The notes under the pieces were generated by a model that saw only the letters and a program-made list of their open reading frames with translations, was not told the origin of the DNA and did not search any database. Made by a program: the position numbers and the translations under genes. From assembly GCA_052426225.1 (NCBI GenBank), contig JBNJNM010000009.1, positions 744,001-808,000 on the forward strand: 64,000 bases of DNA, written 5' to 3'. This stretch comes from Zancudomyces culisetae HAW-14-8. Lineage: Eukaryota > Fungi > Kickxellomycota. This document shows, in pieces, positions 9,631-21,310 of the stretch; position 1 is the stretch's first letter, and the number at the start of each line of letters is the position of its first letter.

Positions 9631-10805
9631 GATTCCGTATATTTCAGTGTGCTCGGAATTTGATCTCATTCTCATCATTTTCCTCATTCTCCTCCTTTTT
9701 TTCCAAGAATATCTTCATCTTGTATGGGATCATAGACTTGGATCCCCTTACAAACATTCCAGTAGCGTCAAGCATTTTTCCATAATTAGACAATTAATTC
9801 ATAATTTCTTTGGCGCAGTCTTTGGCGAATCCTGCCCCTGAGAAGTTTGGGACATTATTGATCGTAACTGTTATGAATACACATGTATCATAATAATATT
9901 GTATATTAAAATACAATATGTATTAATTATTATTAATGATATTTAATGTGTATCATAAATATTAATTAATTATTAGTTTTAACATTAATATTGATACAAT
10001 GATTAATATTAAATGTATCATCATTAATATTGTGTATAGTAATGATATAGTTTATTTGTTTATTAATATTAGTTAATTAATAGTTTTAGTTTATATTAAA
10101 GTTTTTGTACAAACTTAATTGTATAAAAGGTGATACTAAATCCTTTCATGAACAATTAAGTTTGTCAATCTCGTTTAATATAATAAAGATAATATGAACT
10201 AATATTTTATTATTACTGTATGTTTAAACTAGTATATTTTATATAACTTATATAAATTAACTGTGTGTTAATTTGTTAATACCATTATTATTGTGTATAA
10301 TATTGGTATCTAACAGTTACAGTCTCCTTGTACTTGACCGTCTTAAAGAATTCAACTCTTTTCCCGTCGAACATGAGTATCCGTTTGTAAACCTCATTAG
10401 CTACTTCAGGAGACTCAAAGATTCAATACGAAGTACGGTTTGCATTATTGTGATCTATTGTGTTCTCATATATGCCTAGGCGTTGTATGGCTGTGTGCAT
10501 ACCCAAGTTGTAATTTTTTCCAAATTGCGACCATTGTATTCCAATAGTCGAATCTGAGCCCCTCATTGTCAGTCTTCTGTCTTGTTTTTCTTTCTTTCCA
10601 GTACTGTAATGGAAGATTAATTTTTTCACATACTATTTCGGTTCATTAAACATAGGAACGTTTTGTGGCAGCTTGATTCGAGTTGTCAATCCCGATTCCA
10701 TCTTCTTGTCTTGTTACCGCATCACTGAAACTTGTGCGTTGACATTTTTTGGCTCCCCCGGTACCGGATTTAACACCATTGTCGTTTTCTAACCCCTCCA
10801 TCATC
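9631..10805 (-). pseudogene. 5' part of a decayed non-LTR (LINE-like) ORF1; continues at 3375-3587 and probably 1662-1881
   Basis: Removing the insertions restores ...FESPEVANEVYKRILMFDGKRVEFFKTVKYKETVTINNVPNF...LSNYGKMLD...KGCDPMCTYCKGQGHWKNDCP, an RRM-like region plus CCHC as in L1/Tx1-type ORF1. Confidence 0.7.
9869..10315 (+). mobile_element. Solo LTR
   Basis: TGTTA...TAACA ends and a near-TSD (GTAAC/GTTAC). Very AT-rich. Excising it rejoins the ORF1 frame. Confidence 0.8.
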
Positions 10806-11513
10806 GTTGGTTAAGCTGGTTAAAAATCTGTATTTATATCTTCAAACTAGCTGCAATATGATTGGTTGATTTAAAATATTATGTGTAATATGGAATTGTT
10901 AAATAAATATCACGTCAACCTTACCAATGGATAGTGGTCGTAATACTAATTTTTTTATGCGTATATCCTGGAAATGATATAATACCGACCCAGTACCTTA
11001 ATGTATTCCGGTACAATTTTTTTTAAACTTAATATTTAAAAAGAAAACAAGTTTATTCATCTCAGTTACAGTCAAACACAGCTAATAAGATCAAATAGAG
11101 CAAGTTAATGGTGGCAAAATAGTATAGCTAGAAACAGAAACATCAAATAAATATACCACAGTGGCACCAACTGTAAATGTTATGGATTCAGCGACACATA
11201 TTTTAGTATTAGATAAAAGTTTTGGGTAGCCTGATAAGAAAATCATTGTGGTGTTGTTGTCGGTGTTGTTGTGACTGGGTATACTGTGGAGGGGAGTAAT
11301 TGTTGGAACACACGGAGTATAGGCGGTGATGGGGTTTTTAGTATAAGTTGGGCATTCAGTAGTTCGTGCAACGGTTAAGTTTATAGGATGTGTTCTATGA
11401 TGATTGTATATTTTTCCAGGTTAGTAAACTCTAAATTAAATAAGTTTGTGGAGACGGGCTGTTTGATGTTGGAGCCATACGATAAATTCAAAAGAAATTG
11501 TATCCAAACTGAA

Positions 11514-12323
11514 TCAGGCAAGTAGAACCAAAAAATCATTAATGGGCATATCAGCTGATAGAGAAACACCAAGTAAAGTGCTGAATTCGTCCAGAGTGGG
11601 TACACCTGATACTCCGAGACGGTTGAGTGCAGCCAAAAATTGACCCAAAGTCAAGATAGGTGTGGATGTGGTTGGTGTTGAGGATTCTGTAGATGTGGGT
11701 CCGGAAGTTAGAGTCTCAGTAATTACGCTTTCAGGAACTGTAGTTCCCAGGATCGTAAAGTCATGAACTGTGGTCCCAGGTATTGTAGATTCAGGAATTG
11801 TAGTTCCTGGTATTATGATGTCGTCTACTGTGGTTCCTGTTATTGTGACATCTTCAATTGTATATCCAGGCACTATAACTTCATCCACTGTAGTTCCAGG
11901 GATTGTATATCCAGGAATTATGGTTCCAGGAATTGTAGTTCTATCTAATACGACTTCAGGAACTGTTGTTTCAGGCACTATAACCTCATCCACTGTGATT
12001 CCAGAAATAGTGTTATCAGAAATTGTAGTTCCAATGATTGTAGTTGCAGGGATTGTTGTTCCCAGGATTGTGGCCTCAGGAATTGTAGTTCCAGGTATTA
12101 TACTTTCAGGAATAGTAGTACCAGGCACTATAACATCAGCCACGGTGGTTCCAGGAATTGTTATAGTTTGCACAGCAGCCTGTCTGAGAAATAGTTTGAC
12201 TGCATCTTTATTCTGGAGTTTTTCAATGTTGCGAATTGCTCTTTTTTCTTGTGTTCCTTTAGCCAACACTGATGCACGCAAAAGTACTAAGTATAAAGCA
12301 CCGTAAAATTTGTTTAACTTCAT
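11514..12323 (-). CDS. Secreted pentapeptide-repeat (IPGTT) protein
   Basis: Hydrophobic signal peptide, KR and RQAA sites, about 29 [IV]PGTT-type repeats. N-terminus is homologous to 51322..53277. Confidence 0.85.
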   Translation of the reverse strand: MKLNKFYGALYLVLLRASVLAKGTQEKRAIRNIEKLQNKDAVKLFLRQAAVQTITIPGTTVADVIVPGTTIPESIIPGTTIPEATILGTTIPATTIIGTTISDNTISGITVDEVIVPETTVPEVVLDRTTIPGTIIPGYTIPGTTVDEVIVPGYTIEDVTITGTTVDDIIIPGTTIPESTIPGTTVHDFTILGTTVPESVITETLTSGPTSTESSTPTTSTPILTLGQFLAALNRLGVSGVPTLDEFSTLLGVSLSADMPINDFLVLLA

Positions 12324-15201
12324 TATAACCTAGTTCTTTTTATCATGTACTAAAAATGAAATAGTGTGTGTGCTTTTATAATGACATATTTTCTTGAGGG
12401 TTGTAATTATTTTTATCTATTTTATATGAACATTCAGGTTCTATATCCCTAGATATACGCCATCTAATAACATTAGTTTTCAAGTAGTATTGTGGAACGA
12501 TTATTATTGTTTGGTATTGGACAAACAGTAGCCCAAATCGATATGTTCATCACCTGTCAAATTTTTTGCTTTTTATCAAAAACCATCAAACATTTTGCTC
12601 CAAGAACTCCTCTTTGGTGTTTTTAGTATTTTACTGGTAAAGAAATAGACGGCTTCAGCTTTTTAAACGTCGTTTTTGATAATTATGTACTTTTCTTCAC
12701 ATATCTGCACAAATCTAACGTCAGTGGTTACGCCAAATACTATGGGTTATATCTTTCATAACCAAACATCAAAACTTTTTGCACTGATTTGAATGGGTTC
12801 AAAAATGAACCCAAGAACAAAAATTCGATAATAAGATATACACGCATAATTTCTGGTGAATATTTTGCAAGATGCTTGTTCATATCTAAACTTTTCAGTT
12901 TTTAATATTTCCATTTCTTATAACAATATGTAACACAATACACTGACTTGTAATACGATGTAATTGATAGCAAACCCAAGTTATATTTGCTAAAGCCCAG
13001 TTGAGATATTATTGCATGTCTTAAATTCTTATTATGAATTTATAAAGAAAAAACGTAAATAGCTTCAGATTAATCCTCACCCGACACCATCACATCTGGG
13101 AGTGGAACGGCAATAACGTTAATGTCCTTGATGGTTGCTCCATGTTTTTAACTTGAATAATATTGTCATGTGCGACTTGCTCTGTAATTTTATTTGCTAA
13201 ACCCTTTAGGTCTAATGCATGAAAATCCTCCTTCTAAATTCCCAGGCGTTTTCTTTTCTTGCTTATTTCATTTCAATGACATATCCAATTTGTGTTCATA
13301 TTTAAATGAATTAAATTTTCGGTTATAATAATATCCACGTTGATTAATTTTTATTACTTTAATAATATTGCTAGATAGAGTAATGAAAATGTATTGTTTC
13401 AGGGACATATTTTCAATGGTTGTGTTTTAATCACAATATAATATTAATTATCAAAAGAAACTAAATATAAAGGAACGTAACACCGTAACGTTTGTTATGT
13501 TATTCAGAGCTAGATTCTATGCACAATTTTTTTTCGTAACACTGAATCAACGCAGTTCTACTTTGTACGAGCAATATATGTCACATCTTAAAGCAATGTG
13601 GAAAAATGAAATAACTTGGATTAGAGAAGGGGAGAGCTTGAGGAGTAGTCATTTTGGAATGCACAATACAGGCGATATATACTAGCTCGTGTTTGATTGT
13701 TTGACCCCTAAATCTACGTTTCTAATCTATGATATATTATTTTATTTTTTCTTTAGTTAATACTGGCAAATAATTATAATACATGTGATAATATGGCTTT
13801 ATTGAAAATTTTCTGTTTATCGGATCGCTTTATGTCATTTTACGAACTGGTTTGGGTTTAAACTAGACAGGAAAAGGCTGGGCTACTTAATAAAATTGTC
13901 TATATATTTTTGCTTTGATGAATTTATTTAGTTATATTTAATAAATATTTAATAAAACTACAAAAGAATAATCCTACAGTATACCAATCTAACCTACTCC
14001 TCACCACCTCTCTAGTAACTCCGTGCCCACCGGGTGTTTGATCAATAAATAAACTCGACCTAATCCTTGTTACTCTATAATCATCCAAAAATCTTCATCT
14101 CACTTACTATAGTATCACTAAGATGTTCCAATATTTTGGAGGTACCCGCATTCCAATCACACGCTGGCTGTCTTCTCTTACCAAACTTCCACCCATATTT
14201 TTGACATATTCATAAGGATGTGTTTTCCGCGCCACAAGATCCTGTATGACTTGATCAAAACCATAGCATTATTTTCCTATCCTCTTGATTTCTGTTATTT
14301 TCTCATCTTGTTTCTTTTGTCTCATTCTTCCAATCAATTTTCAACCTTGTATTTTTGATATTACTATCTGAATAAGTATTCTAATATGTTTAAATCTAAA
14401 TAACAATTGATTGAAATTGCCCATATAGTCAAAAATTAGTAGCAATTGTTATTAGTTTTTATACGTGTAGAAATTATACTAGATAATAATAATATTATCA
14501 AAAAAAAGTTTGGCTCTTGTGTTAAAATGTTATTACTTCGTAAAGCTAGTTTACACAGACTTGTTGTTCCTCATTAATTTATGTTTCTAATAAATGTCAA
14601 TCCCAAGCGGATTATCGAATCTGGTGAATATTTCTACAGTTGCAGGATTGTATATTAAAGTGTGTTCCTGGATAACGTGTTAATTATTGTATTTTTTTAT
14701 TCAACCAAATCATCACTGAAAATACTTTACAAAGTTCTATTAGCAGCTTTTCAGAATAATAGCAGTATTTTTGATCCTTTACTGATTCAATATATTTGGG
14801 TGTAACAATTCTCAAAAAGAAAAATTAGGTATTTAAAGCATAAATCCATGAAACACAACAGCGAATAGAGAAATATTTACGACTCTAAGGTTTTGATATT
14901 TAGCTGTTTTTAATCACTCGCTAATTTGGAATCGTTTGGTAGCAATGCGGTAACCTGGAATACTATTCATAAATATATCTGTAAAACTGATATTATATAA
15001 TCAAAAATATACAAAAATATGTCAAAACAGCCCAATATATTTCTCTCAAAGAAAAGGTAAAAGAGTTTGATAAAAAGAATCAAAAAAATATAATATATCC
15101 CTTAAATAGTATTCGATATTAACTATTTACAGAATAAAATACAGTAGACTATACAAGTTCTGCTAAACTAATAGATATCTCAATTAGAAGAATTTAGACG
15201 A

Positions 15202-18200
15202 TTATGTCCTCTTTACTTTTTTAAACCCACCGGCATTATATTCACAAGACTCACTTAAATCATCGCAATCAAGTTCATCTGCAAGCTCCATGATAGATTC
15301 AATATACTCACTTGTATCAGCACCATATTTAATCAACAAATTAACCATTTCCATGTTTTCGAGTTCAATTGCTGTTTCGAGTCCATAAACCTTTTCCAGT
15401 ACCAAGTTTGGATTTCTTTCAAGCAATAGTTTCAGCATTTCCAGGTTATTATTTTTACAAGCCTCAACCACTCCACTTTCGCCCCCTTCTCTTATATTTG
15501 CACCCTTCGCTAATAACAATTTTAAAATCTCCAGATCGTTGATTTCACAAGCCCAGAGAATGTAATTATATTCGCTATCTTCAAGTGTGGTCGTATCCTT
15601 CAAAAGCAGCTTAACTGCTTCTATCTTATTTTTTTCAATAGCGTATTGGAGTAAAGAAGAATTACCACCAATTTCAGGGCAACAAGTTAGCATTAACTGA
15701 AATGTTTCAATGTCATCCAAGTTCAAATACTCTTGATAACAATATATGTCTCTTCCAACCTTTGCACCATGTTGCAACAAAAGCCTAGCCATTTTGTCTT
15801 TTTTTGATACTAGTGCCGTCTTTAGAATGACAGTGTCGCCATTTACATTGAAGTCATTCCGTAAAAACACCTTCACCGCCTCAAGGTTTCCCAATTGCAC
15901 TGATATCTTCAGTATTTTATAAATATCATTGAAATTGAACTTGTAAGCTAACAACAGTTCCAAACTTTCAGTGCTATTTGCGATAGCCACTAGCCTTATC
16001 ACGTCCAACAAATCACTATTTTGGATGGGTTTGCCCTTTTCAAGTAAGGCTTTGGTAATTTTGTATTCTTCAGAAAGATCAGTGTTTCCACTATCAAAAC
16101 AAGAAATATCCTGTGCTTCTTCATTCTTTGTGTTTGTTTTATCTTTTCTTTCCAATACTCCCAACCTATCGTAATGCTTTAAAATCATTTTTACCAACTC
16201 AATATCATCAACCAAGCACGCACGCTCTAGTTGGTATCTACAGATATTTCCTACCACAGCATTGTTATTCAAAAGATATTTAAGCGTCTTTTTGAGACCC
16301 AATCTACATGCAATTCTGACTCCATTTGTCTTTGGATCAACCAGATCAACTCCATTTTCTACCAACAGTTTAACCATGTTAAAGTTACCAAGCAAACACG
16401 CCATATTAATACACTGATATTGTGGGTTCTTGGGTACCACACCTCCATTCTTGATCCAGTGTTTCAACACTTCAACCTTATCTGATTTACACGCTTCTTC
16501 AAACCCATCTGATCTTTTTTTAAACCTGGCGCCTTTGCTGATAAAGTAATCAATCCAACCAATATCACCTGCTTTGTATGCTGTTTTTAAAATTAAACCA
16601 TCATATGAATTAATATCTGCTCCATACTCTATTATTATTTTCAGTATCTCAAAATTCCGGTTTACCAATCCTGATTTCGCACACTCGTAATGTTCATCAT
16701 TTAACACTACTGAGTCGTTTCTGCACTCAAACTCGTCGGCATCATCATATCCAGCGTCTTCCAATGTACTTTCCAGGTTATTTTCAATAATATATCCAAT
16801 GGTTTCAACCAATTTATCATAAGAGTCTCTTACAATTTTATTGATGCCATTAGAATCTGTAAGATTTGTCAAATAAAATTCGCAAGCATCAATGATTTTT
16901 TTTCTCCTTGGATTGATATTCGCCATTAAATCCTCATATAAATCCAGACGTCTAGAAACATCTCCAAATTCAGCATTACGGTGAGCATAATCTTGGTTAT
17001 AACATTTGTTTACTTCGATCAGACACAAAATTGTTTTACTGAATTTCAGCTTATTTCTATCCATGATCTCTGTTGTTGAAGTTTTGGATCTAACCCTTTC
17101 CCTTTCCTTATCTTTGTCTGAAAAATCTAATATTCGTTCTGCTATCTCATAATTCTTGATACTGCACAGCTTTTCAATAACTTGTGGGGTTTTCAAACCA
17201 ACAGAAACACCGTTTTTCAATAAAAACTGCAAGATGTTTATGTCACCATTTGCACTTGCAATTTCTATTCCCTTAAACAAGGATGATTTTAAATCCACAC
17301 CAGTTTCGATAAGTGATTTTACAATCCTTATATCTCTAGCATGCACTGCTTCCTCTAAACAGGAAATACTCACCGTATTTGGATACTTATTGATAATTTC
17401 TTGCACCAATTCGTGATTTTTCTTTTTTATAGCCGTTTTCAAAGCATTTTCATCCAACCCTCCCTTCAGTTTACTACTGTTTTTTAAAAGAAATTGTATG
17501 AGATTGACGTTACCATATCTGTACGCTATATTTGTTATTTTTCCTATATTTTCAGCGTTTAACTCAACTTTGAAAAAATATTTCTTGAATAAACTCTCGT
17601 TTTTATGAAATACGGATATGTCGAAAAATATTTGGATGTGTTTACTACTATAGTAGTTATCTTCAAGGTATTCTATCAATTTTTTCCTATTCCAGCAAAT
17701 AGAAAAATATGCACAGAGTGTATAACTCAACAAATCTGATCTAGCTTTGTACTCATATTCCCAAATAAACGCACTTAACCCATCGTCTATAGGTACACCA
17801 CGGGCGTCCACAACCGATTCTAGTCTCTGAAAAGGAAAATAAATATTTGGTTCCAAACCCAAAACCCTTTTTAAAAGTTCAAGACTGTTCAATCTACAGC
17901 TTTCACGTGCAGTCACCAACATACAACATATCATAAATCTATCATCAATACACCTAATATCTCTCCCAACAGAGTCACATACCTCTGGAGGAAACTCAAA
18001 TTTGGTGTTGCAGATATCTATTAGCATTTCTATATCTCTTCCCCCAGAGATAGTATGCATTGCCCATATCAAATACGTTGAGGCTCTACCCATCCTGAAT
18101 AACGGTCGGATATAAAGAGAATTGAAAGTTTTAATGTCTATTTTCATTATTTGCGATTCGTTATCCTGTGAAAACAATTTTCCAATATCAATATCTAAGT

Positions 18201-18627
18201 ATTCATCTTTGTCCATGAATAAAGTGCCCTTGCGCACAACCGTAGAAGTATTTCTATCAATCACTACATACATCTTGAGTAATTTATCTAGCATGTTCTT
18301 CCACCTGTATTCAAATGCCATATCTAGACCCGTTTCGTAGTCCAGGTTCTTGATTTTTCTCAATACCAGCATTCCGATGGTTTCGTTCATACTTATTCTT
18401 TTGTATTTATCAAATATGTCTCTCAGGTTCCACTGGGAACTATCTCCTGTATCCGATGAGACATATCGAACAATGTAATCGCTAACGGTTTCTACTTTTT
18501 GAGAGGCTTTGTACATATTTTTGTTCAAAGTTGATAGTTGAGTATTCTGGGTAAACACAAATATTATTGACAAGATACTAGCCGGAAGTTTGTTGAAAAG
18601 ACTAATGTCGTTGTATGTGATATCCAT
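15202..18627 (-). CDS. Ankyrin-repeat protein with F-box-like N-terminus (copy 1, intact)
   Basis: LFNKLPASILSIIF start and many A...G...KLL..GAD repeats; intronless, 1141 aa. Confidence 0.92.
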   Translation of the reverse strand: MDITYNDISLFNKLPASILSIIFVFTQNTQLSTLNKNMYKASQKVETVSDYIVRYVSSDTGDSSQWNLRDIFDKYKRISMNETIGMLVLRKIKNLDYETGLDMAFEYRWKNMLDKLLKMYVVIDRNTSTVVRKGTLFMDKDEYLDIDIGKLFSQDNESQIMKIDIKTFNSLYIRPLFRMGRASTYLIWAMHTISGGRDIEMLIDICNTKFEFPPEVCDSVGRDIRCIDDRFMICCMLVTARESCRLNSLELLKRVLGLEPNIYFPFQRLESVVDARGVPIDDGLSAFIWEYEYKARSDLLSYTLCAYFSICWNRKKLIEYLEDNYYSSKHIQIFFDISVFHKNESLFKKYFFKVELNAENIGKITNIAYRYGNVNLIQFLLKNSSKLKGGLDENALKTAIKKKNHELVQEIINKYPNTVSISCLEEAVHARDIRIVKSLIETGVDLKSSLFKGIEIASANGDINILQFLLKNGVSVGLKTPQVIEKLCSIKNYEIAERILDFSDKDKERERVRSKTSTTEIMDRNKLKFSKTILCLIEVNKCYNQDYAHRNAEFGDVSRRLDLYEDLMANINPRRKKIIDACEFYLTNLTDSNGINKIVRDSYDKLVETIGYIIENNLESTLEDAGYDDADEFECRNDSVVLNDEHYECAKSGLVNRNFEILKIIIEYGADINSYDGLILKTAYKAGDIGWIDYFISKGARFKKRSDGFEEACKSDKVEVLKHWIKNGGVVPKNPQYQCINMACLLGNFNMVKLLVENGVDLVDPKTNGVRIACRLGLKKTLKYLLNNNAVVGNICRYQLERACLVDDIELVKMILKHYDRLGVLERKDKTNTKNEEAQDISCFDSGNTDLSEEYKITKALLEKGKPIQNSDLLDVIRLVAIANSTESLELLLAYKFNFNDIYKILKISVQLGNLEAVKVFLRNDFNVNGDTVILKTALVSKKDKMARLLLQHGAKVGRDIYCYQEYLNLDDIETFQLMLTCCPEIGGNSSLLQYAIEKNKIEAVKLLLKDTTTLEDSEYNYILWACEINDLEILKLLLAKGANIREGGESGVVEACKNNNLEMLKLLLERNPNLVLEKVYGLETAIELENMEMVNLLIKYGADTSEYIESIMELADELDCDDLSESCEYNAGGFKKVKRT

Positions 18628-19832
18628 TCTGTCGTAAGTTGTATTATTCTTGCTTCCTTTATATCTTTGTTTGTGTATCAGTGTAATTTGAGCAAAATTA
18701 ACAAGTCCAGAAAAACAAAATTTTTGATTATTTATTATTTTCCAGAGTTTTTTGATCTATTTTTCTAATATTTAAACATCAATTCAAGTGGTCATTTGCT
18801 GCGTAATTCAAAATAAATACACTGGTTTTTATAGGATTGGATGCCATTCGGAAATATCATCAAGCAAAATAGTTGGTATACAATAATTTTGGAGTCTTTA
18901 GAATAGTGGGTCAGAAATAGCGGAGAATATTTTGTCACTTGCACTATATCCACTTAATAAACTATCAACAAAAAATAAAAAGACAACAAAAGCACTTTGA
19001 CACAATAACTATGTTGTTGTAATAGTCAATATACTCAACGCAAATATGATCCGAAAGTTTCTATAGTAAATTTGAACGCATCTGACTCAAACTTAACGGG
19101 TTGGTGACATTGTTAAAGAAAGTGATGGAAAAGGTTGAGTAAAAATATGTTGGAAAGTTATAATTTTAAAAGAGTTTTTTTAGAGGGGAGGGGGAAATAT
19201 GTAACAGGAGAGATATTAATGCCAGAGTTTAATGTGGTTATATATTTGTAAAAAAAAAACTGTAATTTCATAAAAGTTATGATGACCAAAAAAATGTAAT
19301 GAAGAAAAAACTGGTGGTGATATTTTTTAAAAAGTAGCGAATAGCAGAATCAGCGCAACTCGAAAATAAGAGATAGAGGGAGGAAGAAGAAATGGCAGTG
19401 GTAAATCTTATGACAGAAGTATAAAGCAGTTAGGAAAAAAAAACTAAAAAATTAGTGGATCCATTTTTGCTATTGGGCATCAGGATGGGTTTTGTAAATG
19501 CAACTTTAATGAATATAACTAAAAATGATAAGTGTATCTAGATGATTTATAATCATATATTCTTGAGTATAGGCAAAAATAACTCGAATGTGTAATGCAA
19601 TTTTTCAACTTTAAAAGTTCCTGTTTTTATAAAAATATGATCCAAGTTTTGAGTATGTACAAAGAAAACCAGAACTCAAGAAAAAAGTATAAATAGTCAA
19701 CAGCTTTTGTCAAAAAAATACAAGTATCAATCATAAAACCACCTAGTATTCCATACTAAATACAAAACGAAAAATATAATACCAATAAGGTTGACTGATA
19801 AACCAATACAAATCAGAATAAATAAATCAAAG

Positions 19833-20228
19833 ATGAGTTCATGCGACAAAAACGCCTGCTACAACAAAGATATTGGAAAGTGCAGAGATGCTCCCGGGGG
19901 TCGGTGTTCATGTGAGGCTGGAAATTGTGAATGCTGCTGCAAGAAGGGACAAGGTTGTTCAGCCACCTCTGAAGGAAAATGTTGCTGTGAATCTGAAAAG
20001 TGCAACTGTGCTGAAAATAAGAAAGTCAGTACCTGTTGTAGGTGTTCAGTAGGTAAAAAGTGTATCTGCAGGGAGGATGAGTGCAAGTGCGAAGGAAAAA
20101 GTATATGTCAGTGCAGAGATGGTAAAGGTTGTACATGTGGAGAACCATGTAAGTGTGAACAAGCAACCTGTGAATGCAAGGGGGATAAAGGCGAGATATG
20201 CCACTGTGAATCTGGATGTAAATGTTAA
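19833..20228 (+). CDS. Long metallothionein-like protein (131 aa)
   Basis: About 34 Cys in CxC, CC and CCC motifs, almost no aromatic residues, ends GCKC. TATAAATA near 19688. Confidence 0.85.
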   Translation: MSSCDKNACYNKDIGKCRDAPGGRCSCEAGNCECCCKKGQGCSATSEGKCCCESEKCNCAENKKVSTCCRCSVGKKCICREDECKCEGKSICQCRDGKGCTCGEPCKCEQATCECKGDKGEICHCESGCKC

Positions 20229-20849
20229 GAAGTAGTGGAGTAGTCGTACTGTATGTCCCACAGTACATATTTGTAGTTGGGATAATCACTACTTTTAATT
20301 TGATATCATTAACAGATTCATACTTTTTTGTAACTGGTGAGAATAACAGTCGGTTATAAATAAAACCAAGACCATTTTACTTTGAACTCTTGATGTTTTT
20401 TTGTTTATTTTTTATTAGATACTCTTGCATTTTACCATAACTTGTGTAGTATTATAGTTTTAGGATTATTGTATTCTCCAGAAATAAATAAATAAGTACT
20501 ATAACTAATATTTTTTGAAATATGTTAGTGTTAAATTGTGACGATTTTGATTCATTAAGAATAAAAGATCTCAACAATAGTCTGTCAAATGATAATAACG
20601 AAAAATACTAAAATCGATAAACTCGCGTTGGATAATATATTGTCATTCAATACCTAGTTGTGTACACCCGTCACCTCAACTTGACTATACCAGAAACCTC
20701 GATCAAAAGTGTTTTCAGTAAAGTATAATAATTTTGGACTATCAAAACAGTTATACAACAGTGGTGTTTATATTTGAGCACGATATAGGCTGTCTTGGTC
20801 ACTGTAGGTTAAGGAATAGAAGCGAAAACATAGTGAATCTTATCAATAG

Positions 20850-21310
20850 CTGTAGAAGCCTATGCTCAGCCTGAATTATGCTAGATTAATAGATTCTACT
20901 AGGTTCTTTCCAAGATCTGAGCCAGATTGGATCGACAATTTCTTAATCTCCAACAGTATTTAGATTCCGATTATAATGCCTAAAACTATACTGCATGAGG
21001 AGGTTGGTTTCATTTTAAATCAGCAATTTAACTAATTAGATATTTCCTGTTAAACGAAACACTAAATATATATTTTTATTTTCGCTAGATTGCTAATTTC
21101 ATAGCCTTCTTTATACAAATACTATACCACAATTCAATTACTTCAGTATATTCGAGTCCACAGACTATTCTAAAATCATTCACTAATCGAATCCGCATGT
21201 ACCTTTCAACCTCAGCAAAACATGTGTTTCAGAATTTCAACATTTCTTGAGTTACATGCATTTTCCAGCAATAAATCGTTAGCATACAGTGTTTTTAGAT
21301 CGTTTCATAT
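20850..21310 (-). pseudogene. Heavily decayed ankyrin-repeat remnant
   Basis: Broken translation LLENACNSRNVEILKHMF...FRIVCGLEYTEVIELW...GNI.LVKLLI.N parallels the core repeats of the neighbouring paralogs. Limits are approximate. Confidence 0.4.

Noticed and set aside
13075-13086. CCTCACCCGACA, a 12-nt exact match to the young element's LTR end
   Set aside because: I found no convincing matching LTR start, TSD or extended similarity. It may be a relic but cannot be supported.
13850-14330. GC-richer minus-strand stretch with a broken reading frame
   Set aside because: Probably a gene or TE relic, but it has several stops and no family I can recognise.
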